NCBI GenBank assembly: GCA_905331295.1
Contig: CAJNYD010000054.1
Coordinates: forward strand, 186,001-217,883
Direction of reading: 5' to 3'
Source: Rotaria socialis
Lineage: Eukaryota
DNA: 31,883 bases
In this document: in pieces, positions 23,250 through 31,883 of the stretch
Position numbering within the stretch: the stretch's first letter is position 1
Layout: the number at the start of each line of letters is the position of its first letter
Notes under the pieces: model-generated
What the model was told of the DNA's origin: nothing
What the model saw: only the letters and a program-made list of their open reading frames with translations
The model's database searches: none
Position numbers and translations under genes: made by a program

Positions 23250-24470
23250 ATGCATATTCAAGATAATATCGAATTGGAAACGGAAGAACCTTTAACAATA
23301 CAATTCGAAAAACCGATTTCCACTAAAAAGAACAATATCTGCCTGTTTTTTCGGGGCATCGTTAACCTTGATAATACATCAAGTCGAGAGCATCATCGTC
23401 CTATATTTATCATCAGTATGTGTATTTTACTCGTTTTTACTCATCTCTCGACATACGTGTACGTCGCTTGGAACGGTCAAAATTTTCATTCAATTTTAAT
23501 TAATCTTTTTCGGTTTTTTGTACCATGTATGCGACCAACACCTGATAAAATTCGCATGCGCACCGTCAGTTGTGATTCAATGATGAGAAATCAAACATGT
23601 TATTACGATGATGCACTCAAAAAGATGTGTTTTTCTTTCATGTATCCACACCAATTGTGGCGTATGGTAACCGCTAACTTGATCCACATAAATTGGGTTC
23701 ATCTGCTTGCTAATCTCTCACAACTATTCTTGTACGGCATTCCACTAGAACGCAAATATGGTTCAGTTCTTGTAATTTTTATTTACTGGCTTTCAGAGCT
23801 CGGTTCTGGTTTAACTTACATGATAAAAAATAGAGCAGACTGTAAGTAAACGTTGAAAATAATTATTATGTTTTAGAATTTTATCCCAAAAATGTAGAGA
23901 ACGTACAGTTTTTAAATTAATAGACATTGAAGAAACGAGAAAAATAGTCAGTAACATTCGCTTTTTTATTTCTCAATTTCAATAATTTAATGACACAGGC
24001 AGGTGTATGTATTCATCGGTGCTTTTTCGTATCCTAACTACTCAACTCTATGATTGTCTTTCTTTATTTTTTTAGCCAGTGTTGGGGCTTCCGGTTCTGT
24101 GTACGGTCTAATGTTATTCTTGACTGTCGACCGTCTTATTGCAATGCAAGTGAATACTGATCGTTGGATTTCCATCCTCATTTACTTACTCTTGCTGGTT
24201 TTACTTCCTATCGTCGTCACTATAATTGTACCGATTGCTTTAAGATGGACCGTGGCACACTCAGCTCATGTTGGTGGCGGTTTAATGGGCTTTCTCGTTG
24301 GTGTTGGTAAACTCGGCTTTCCGCTTCTACACAATCATCAACCTAACATCTGCCGAACGACGTGTCGATATCTGGCATTCGTTTTTCTTTCTCTTTACTG
24401 TGTTATAATTTTAATCGTCTTTTTCCTGACAAACGCTCCAACAATAGACTGGATTTTGTACAATTTTTAA
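23250..24470 (+). CDS. Rhomboid-family intramembrane serine protease, 2 exons (23250-23841, 24076-24470), ~328 aa
   Basis: WR motif (QLWRMVT), HxxxxHxxxN (HINWVHLLAN), LERKYG, catalytic GASG and His in AHSAHVGGGLMG. The intron GTAAGT (23842)...TTTAG (24075) joins in phase to give RADSSVGASG. Confidence 0.93.
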
Positions 24471-24772
24471 TCAACAAACCAATGATATTTCTACTGATGA
24501 CTTTTTGTTGTTCATCAAAGGCTGCAAGTCAAGTATCGAGAAACATTTTTCATATTTGCAAAAATAATAATCTGTTTTAACATAAAATGTTTAATACATT
24601 AAATTACAAAGTCTCGGGATGTGGGTATTCAGTAAAGATACACACCTACACCCTCTATCTCGTAGAAAGGTTTTGTCTCAACAAAATTTTATTTTTACAA
24701 ATGAAAAACAAAAATTGTTTTAATGATGCTTTTCTTTATTTATATCAGAACAAGAAAAAAACAACATTTTCA

Positions 24773-26192
24773 CTACATTTTAGGTAATAAACCAGTTTTA
24801 GCGATTTGTTCACGTAACGAACGAATTTGCATACTCTGTGCAGGAGGTAATTGTGCTAATTGAGCATCATCCAATTGTAATAGAAGCAGTGCAGCATTCT
24901 CATCAAGATTTGGTGTACGCATCGACGTTGCTAAAGGATTTATTTGCGGTGGAAATGATGGCTGAACAGGTGGGAATTGTGCATTGTGTGGCATCGGAGG
25001 TGGTATCAATGAACCAGAAAACATTCCAGCGCCGGAAAAAAGAGCGGCTTGAAAAAGCGCATTGGCTGCAGCTTGTTGTGCAGTAGCGTTATTGGGAGCC
25101 ATCATAGGCATTGAAAATGGAACTCCAGGAATAACTGGAAAAGGAAACGGTGCAGTTGGATTGTTTGTAACCAGAAGTGGAAGTGGAGCCGTCGCTGCTG
25201 CTGTTGGTTGTGTCATTGTTTGTGTCGGCTTTTTAACATCGATAGGAGCTGGTATAACATCTTTATCAGTACGATTAAGTAAGACCATTGCAACTTGTGG
25301 ATCAACGATTCGCATCACAACTTGTGCTTGCAAAAGAGCATATGCTAATTGAGGATTTGTTGATAAAAGTGTTTTAGCTTCATTTGGATTTGCTTCAATA
25401 CATTGTTTCATTTGTTTCATTAATTCAAACATCTATTTAAGAAAAAACAAAAATTTTAATAATCTGTTTGATTTACTTTTATGACTAACTTGAGCTGGAG
25501 GTAATGAAGCAACGGCATTCGAAATTGATTCACGATCTTCTTTAATATTATTATTATTGTTGTTTGTATTAGTAACAGCAGTAGTGATGTTAGCTGATTC
25601 AATGGTCGCTGTTGTTAAAGGTAATGTTGTTGATGATTGAGATATTGTTGCATTAGCTAGACGTGGATCGTTTTTGTTCGATGATGTGACTGTTGTTTTT
25701 GTTGCACAAAATTGTTCAAATAAATTCATTATTGGTTCAGCTTGATTAGAAAGTAAATCGACGACAAGTCGGAAACCACCCAAATCCAAGCCATTTAATT
25801 TTTGAATAACTTTTTGTGCAATATCATTCGATGCAAACTAGAAATATTTGTGTAATAAAAAAAACTGTGGGAACAATTTTTGTTTCACGAGAACTATATA
25901 ATTTAAAAATATGATAATCTCGTCTACTTGAGTAAATTATCTCGTATCAGTCAAGAGTGAGATAGTAAAAAACAAATGTTGATGAACTTACTTCGGTAAA
26001 AGCATAACTTCTTGATGTTTGTATACTTTGTTCATTGGAATTAATGACTGTGCTTGGATCAAGAAACATATGAAAATGAATTAGAACTCCAAATTGACTT
26101 AACATTTGTCGAAAAAGATCCTCTGTTATACCGGCTGGTATATTTTGTACAAATATGGAACGAATATAACGTTCAATGTGTGCTGACGGCAT
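24773..26192 (-). CDS. CSTF2: Cleavage stimulation factor subunit 2 (CstF-64)-like protein, 3 exons (26192-25992, 25837-25490, 25432-24773), ~402 aa
   Basis: N-terminal RRM (RSIFVQNIP...YAFTEF...KLNGLDLGGFRLVVD). Hinge nearly identical to animal CstF-64 (ESISNAVASLPPAQMFELMKQMKQCIEANPNEAKTLLSTNPQLAYALLQAQVVMRIVDP). Pro/Ala-rich linker and C-terminal domain (LQLDDAQLAQLPPAQSMQIRSLREQI). Both introns are phase-0 GT-AG. Confidence 0.92.
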
Positions 26193-26412
26193 TTTTCTAG
26201 AATAAAAGGTACTTCTTGCGATCAACGGTACCCCTATTGCATTGGTCGTAAGAATATGAGAGGAAGGAAAACAATATTATTGGTTCATTCAGTTAAGTCA
26301 ATGAAAAATGAATCGATAAGAGAACGAGAGAGGGCGCACACTTCTAAATAAATGAGAGTAATTATTTCAAATTACATCAATCTAAATAAATATATCAAGA
26401 TCTTCGTCGAAA

Positions 26413-26695
26413 ACATTCAGTACTTGAAGAACACGAAAAGCTTAATAGCAATTTTGGTCGATCTAGAATAAAATGTTAGAACTACAGGTAAAAGTTATAA
26501 ATCCAGAAGACCTAGCAAAGAATCACCTAGCGTTTAATCCTACCTGAGTAGTTATTAAATGTAGTTGTGGATTTTAAAATCGCTAGAACAAAAATGCATC
26601 CAGTTAGGTTCATTTCATACTAACACTCTCGTTTGGTAGGATTAAATATTTTAGATGATTTCTTATTTTGTTCATTTTCTTGAAGTACTGAATGT
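26413..26695. repeat. Degenerate inverted repeat (old foldback element)
   Basis: ACATTCAGTACTT (26413) pairs with AAGTACTGAATGT (ends 26695). Nested TTTAATCCTACC (26533) pairs with GGTAGGATTAAA (26635). Confidence 0.5.
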
Positions 26696-27200
26696 GCTCA
26701 CCCATCGCAACGTTTGGCTCGAAACGAATGAGCAGATCCTTGAGACAATTCATAATCGATAACGAAGTATCATTTGTAAGACACTGTTCAATTAATAATT
26801 ATTAGATGTATTTTCGATTTTTAAAAGCTGTGAGTTGGGCAGCATCTGTATCAAATAAATTTATCAGTACAAACAAAAATATAAACCATATTTGATGGGC
26901 GAAAGAATACTCTCAACAAACAGAGAAACTCTTCAGTAGCTACGGTTCATATTATTATTTGATCTATCAGTTGATTTCTACTTTTTCTGTTTCTTAATTA
27001 TCTTTTAACTTCCAGCTACTATTAGACTTTTGCTCATTTTCAAAATAGTTAAGTTGACCTAATTTGGCATCATCATTTCGGCCTAATAACCTATTTTCCA
27101 TTGCTTCAATTGTTTCATCAAGCTTATTTTAGCAGTCATTCTATTCGACAATTTTGAACATTCCTGAATCTATTCGAACGATTCCCAGAGTCGTACGAAT

Positions 27201-27358
27201 GGTGTGGGTGAGCGTGCGGGATGTGGAAGTTGGTAGGCACGTTTTCTAATCTTCTACAACAACACCCAACAAATGACAATAAGAGGATGATAACTCAATT
27301 CCGGAAATTGGTTTCGTGCTCGGAACTGGCTCCGCAATGTTCAGCACCGTGGAATAGG
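27201..27358 (-). repeat. Dispersed repeat, copy 2 (homologue of 14637-14800)
   Basis: Reverse-complement alignment to 14637-14800 with an internal indel. Confidence 0.8.
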
Positions 27359-27713
27359 GTGTGTTCTCAATCACACTAAATACAAGCTACCTAGTGAGGT
27401 CCTTGAGCAAGGCCGAAACGCATTATGATTAGCTTGATACTCACATTCAGTGAATTTTCACCGACATTCTGCTCATCAGCACTAGAAACGATTAGATATT
27501 ATAGTATAAGGACTGCTTGATAGTGTACTAGATTTCTACTCGCCAACATTCTAAAATCAATTATTTGGCATGCGGATTTTCTGATACGGACTATTAATTG
27601 TAATAGTAAAATGATCAACGGCAATATCAAAATCAAGGGATACTAGAAAGTCTGTGGGTTCATGATTGTCATAAATTTTCTATACTACGAAAATAATGCT
27701 CCAATAGAGTCGC

Positions 27714-29517
27714 CTAGACAGACTGCCCTGTCATCAGTGCTCTTTCTATAGCTAAAATGCTTCGTTTGAGATTTTCACGTTTCTGCTGTTGATCAAACGG
27801 TTCGCGCATCCACTCGAAGAGTACAGCCGAGGTAAATGCTGAGCTAAATTTGGCATCCATGACGAGAGCGCACCGGGTAATTAGCCAATAATGGCAGAGC
27901 TGTGCGATTTCGTCTGCTACTCGTTTTTGAACTACACGGCAGTAGGCTGATATCGCTATTTGTACATCAAGCGCTGCTTGATATTCGTTGGAGAGGCCAG
28001 CGACATTGATTTCAAAATCATTTACGATTACATTTGATTTGGCAGTTTTGTCTATAGCTATTAGAAAAAATCAAAAGAGTCTACATCTAGATTCAACATC
28101 TATCACATACTCGATAGTTGGTTTGAAGATTTGTAATTTAGAAGATGGATTTTAATTTTGTTCACTGTGCCCATGCACTAGTGGTTGAGCGTGAATACCC
28201 GTTGCTCTATAGTCAGCATCTTATTTACGTCTTTAGTGCAATACTCTTCGCTTTCATTAAGTGTACGCAAGATAATATCGGTTAACTTTTGTGTTATGTG
28301 GTATTTGTAGCTTGTCTCTTCAACAAATACTCGATTTAAAAAACCAACCAGAACTCTTTTTAAGTATTCTATGTACAACCCAATCAGGTTGATGCACGGC
28401 TTTTGAATTTTACGTGCTTCATGATGGTAGAGCTGTTCAATTATGCTAAATGATGGAAAATTTGGTAAGGCGACACTAGCATTCTCTTCTAATAATTTTA
28501 CTACATTGCTACAGTATGCTGATGAGAAGAATGGCGAGAATGATTCACTAATTTCTGTGGCACAATCTTTTTGATACCTGTACAACTGAAGAGCGATCCG
28601 ATCATCTAGCGAGTTTTTACCGGCCGAGTTGAAAACAGACGTCACGCTTCGGGTAGCTGAGCTTTCCGGTGATTCTTGTGTCTTCATTTCAAAATCACCA
28701 TCATAAATGCCATGAACGCGGGCATGAACAAGTAGCTGGTATTGTGTTACTAAATCGTTGTATAGTGTCCAGCAGTCGATTTCAGATTTTTGATACGGCA
28801 ATTAGCTGCCGTTCACCTATTAAAAAGAATAGTAATGCTCACAATGGTTTAAGTATCGTGAAATATTTTTACCATTTGGATCATATTCTTTCGAGATTTT
28901 CATCGACTCAGAAGTTGTAAAATCTACTGATGATGGAATAACGTGTAAAATAATAGCGGTTGGCGGTTCAATGTACCGCATAATGAGTTTGACTGTTTTC
29001 TCATAAACATCTTTTGATTGGCCACCTACGTACCTGGAAGATCTATGAGTGTCAAATCTTCTCGAATACTTTTCTTTTAGACTGTTAAATATATTGGCAA
29101 TGCCGAAACATCATGCTGATTTCCGGCTAGTTTTATGGTACATGCGGTCACCGTGGAAGCGATTGTACCGAAATCTGTGATTCTTATCTCTTCGACACCC
29201 TCACATCGAATCGTGGCATATTCATTTGATGTTGTATTTTTCATGCGTAGTTCGAACGGACAACGCGTACAGATCTGCTGAGCCCGGGAAAGTTGGATGT
29301 CACTCAAAGCTTCAAGTACAGATGATTTTCCAACCTTTCAGTAGACAGAAAATTCTCAGTGTTAAGCCTATCGAATTCAATTGTTCTTTACAGATTGATC
29401 ACCAACTACAACAATCTGAGGAAGAGCAATTTTTTCGTGATGCAGTATTTCTCTCATTTCATCAACAACACCCAATAGACGACGAGATTCAGTGTTTTCA
29501 AGTGCATTGCTCAACAT
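27714..29517 (-). pseudogene. Mx-like dynamin-family GTPase pseudogene
   Basis: ATG at 29517 gives MLSNALEN...LPQIVVVGDQS, then an intron (29391-29335), then VGKSSVLEALS..ICTRCPFELRM..DLTLIDLPG (G1, G2, G3). Middle domain follows, and a GED exon 28057-27714 (AYCRVVQKRVADEI...WMREPFDQQQKRENL). Lesions: in-frame TAA at 29077-29079, frameshifting deletion after DLPG (~29030), 1-bp frameshift at ~28895, apparent large deletion after AVSKI (~28785), in-frame TAG at 28178-28180. Confidence 0.9.
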
Positions 29518-30665
29518 CGCTGATTATTTATCGTACGATGCAAACAGGCAAAGAGAAATTTTTGCAGTGTGTGCAGAGTAAACATCAATAATATAACTTG
29601 ACACAAAGGCTTAAGAGTTTCGGTGTACAAGGATGAATTGAATTCATGCTTGACTTTCCTGAACTCATAAAACGCCAGTCTTACTTTGACGAGCATCCTT
29701 GTGGGTGTAGGGTATGGATATTTTTTTACCCTCTAACATCCGCATTCACTTTCACATGAATAACAACTAGATATTAATTCGAAAGCGGTTTTATTGTATT
29801 TCAAATTTTGCAGTTTTATATTTTTGAGAACAGAGATGCAAGAAATCTTACTGTTTGATGGAAAAAATGAGAGAAATTCCATTGTATATATCAGGTAGAT
29901 GAGGAACTCAAGTAGAAGGCTATTTTTTCATTTCTAGAATCATCTCATCTTCTATAATAAATAAAAGCCAAAAATAACAGTTGATTGATTTACTTGCATC
30001 AAGAGAAAAGAAAATGAAAAAGAATGCCTACGAACGTGAGTCATTCAACAAAAAAAAAATGTATCGCATCCTCTCCCATCAATACGAAACAAAAAAATCA
30101 GCATATCATTTTCTTCAACTTATAGGAGATTTGTATATTATTTAATATATAGTTTAATTTAAGATAATAATAATGGATATCTTTATTTCAAACAGAAATT
30201 ATTTCTCGAGTGTCTCCACCGGAATATCTGCAAACAAAACGTGCACTCGTCAAATTCTAACCTTATTACTAGAATTTAATTCATCATGATAAATAATCTC
30301 ATTAACTCAGACTAGTACAAATTCTCAAGTGCACTTCAATAAGTATCTACCAGAGTCGGTGAATAGCCTACGAGCATAGTACTTATTACAATGGAGCGAC
30401 TATGCGACAAATTGTAATGAAAAATGTGTAGCACATTTTTTAAGATATTGCTAGAGAAATTACATTACTCATGGCAGGAGACATCCGCATCCTCGCCCGT
30501 GTATCATCGCTTCTCTTATGTCTTGATATATCCGCTTCATGTTGATTGATATTATCATCATTATCCATTTCATACAGTTGTTATTTGATGTCATGTCTTT
30601 CAACAATGAATCAATTCAATGCTTCATAGCAAAATATTATTCAAATGACAATCCAGGAAATTCTA

Positions 30666-31216
30666 CCCAGTCAGACAAACTATTTAAAAAAACGTGTAAA
30701 AACGCGTCGAAATTTCAACGAAAAAAAAATCGTAAAAAGCGCACATTTCTACGCGTTCGTAACGCGTTAAAGTTACTAAACGAACATTACTTCGTTCAAA
30801 AAATGAACGCGTTTAAACGCGTTAAAATGTGCGCTTTTTACGATTTTCTTTTCCCCAGGTCGATCAACATGTGTCGTATACGACCGTTTGACCACAATTT
30901 ACGGCCGTTTGCTATGCACCGTATTACGGTCGTTTGGCATCGTGCCATAAACGATCGGATACGGTCGGATACTGCAATATCCGACCACATTACGGCCGTT
31001 AGTAACCGTTTACGACACGGCGAAATACGGCCGTAACATGGTGCATGCCAAAACGTCGAATTACGGCGATTTACGGTCGGAAACGTTATAAAACGGTAGT
31101 AAACGTTGCCGTATACGGCCGTTTACGATCGTATCAGGTGACCGTAATGTTCGACCTGGGTCGCTAAAAAGAAAAACGCGTTATTCCGCGTTTTTTCTGT
31201 TGTTTATCAAACTTGG
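30666..31216. mobile_element. Palindromic ACGCGT-rich MITE whose right arm is interrupted by a second MITE
   Basis: AAAATCGTAAAAAGCGCACATTT..ACGCGTT (from ~30726) pairs with AACGCGTTAAAATGTGCGCTTTTTACGATTTT (to ~30848). Outer ends CCCAGTCAGACAAAC and GTTTATCAAACTTGG are degenerate complements. Confidence 0.65.
30854..31160. mobile_element. MITE with CCCAGGTCGA termini and a 2-bp TSD (CMC/EnSpm-like)
   Basis: CCCAGGTCGA..AACAT at the left and ATGTTCGACCTGGG at the right. TC is duplicated on both flanks (30852-30853, 31161-31162). Internal TACGGCCGT/TACGGTCG repeats. Confidence 0.8.
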
Positions 31217-31883
31217 TCAGTCATCAAGAATTCTTCTTCCGTTATGTTCCTCACTGTTGGGATAGCGTGAACTCTAGTGAAACTGATATAAAATAGTGAC
31301 ATTTTTTTAACTTACTGCGTTCTCCAAGATTCGATCCTACGATGTTCTGATTGAGAGTCGAATATATTATCCATTCGACTAGTCTTACGATTGAAAGTTA
31401 GAGAGAAAATACTATTCGAATCGAATAAAATTAGGTGCATAGAGAATGAAATGAATTTTGATAAATTAAGACTTAAACCAACTTTAGCTGCTTTGAGCTT
31501 TCATGAGAAAAAATTAAAACAGATATTCATCCGAAAAATATGCTTATATTTTGTTAAATATTTAAAAAAATATTTTTCATAATTTTTTTCCTATTATTTT
31601 AACATAAATTTCTAAAAAATTTAAAACAATATACAAATATGTAAAAACCATATACACATTTTTTCAATGATGCATTTGGAAAAAATCTTTGAAAAAGTTT
31701 TTAAAATATTTCTGAAAGTATGCATATTATTTTAAATATTTTTGAGAATATATTTAAAAATATTTGGAATTTTCACATGCGCAATTATTCAAAAAATTCA
31801 CGTTCATCCAAAATATTACATCTTTCTTTGTTCAATATCAGGATAATTCTTTGTTCCTAAAATATGTCTGTTTTACGATAATG

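Noticed and set aside
24838..25352. Plus-strand ORFs of 82 and 96 aa
   Set aside because: Antisense shadows of the CstF-64-like exon with no independent features.
27445..27490. Minus-strand CTGATGAG...GAAA as a second hammerhead
   Set aside because: No convincing stem II or stem I pairing around the core.
28178..29079. Stop-codon reassignment or readthrough of TAA/TAG in the dynamin gene
   Set aside because: Neighbouring genes end normally in TAA/TAG, and the same gene also has frameshifts and deletions, so pseudogenisation is simpler.
28669..29591. Plus-strand ORFs 28669-28920 and 29226-29591
   Set aside because: Antisense shadows of the dynamin pseudogene.
30539..31036. 165-aa ORF
   Set aside because: It runs through two nested palindromic MITEs, has low-complexity translation and shows no transposase motifs.
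31530..31800. AAATATTT-rich quasi-palindrome as a distinct element
   Set aside because: Too AT-rich and low-complexity to define termini or a TSD by eye.

Overview
AT-rich eukaryotic genomic DNA with short GT-AG introns, most likely from a bdelloid rotifer (inferred from the WWE-ART and Mx-like dynamin families, intron style and abundant TGTGGG motifs, the telomeric hexamer reported for Adineta vaga). It opens with a ~4.9-kb tandem array of a 95-bp dyad-rich unit. Next comes a gene-poor stretch with many MITE/foldback elements, some nested. Three apparently intact genes are present: a WWE-domain R-S-E-type ADP-ribosyltransferase (minus), a catalytically intact rhomboid protease with an iRhom/fungal-like Cys-rich loop (plus), and a CstF-64-like protein with a divergent RRM (minus). 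An Mx/dynamin-like GTPase (minus) is disabled by several lesions. The most unusual unexplained signals are recurrent 40-70 bp cassettes of inverted telomere-type repeats, the internal structure of the 95-bp array, the rhomboid architecture and a degenerate hammerhead-like motif. No clearly novel multi-gene system can be proven from sequence alone.
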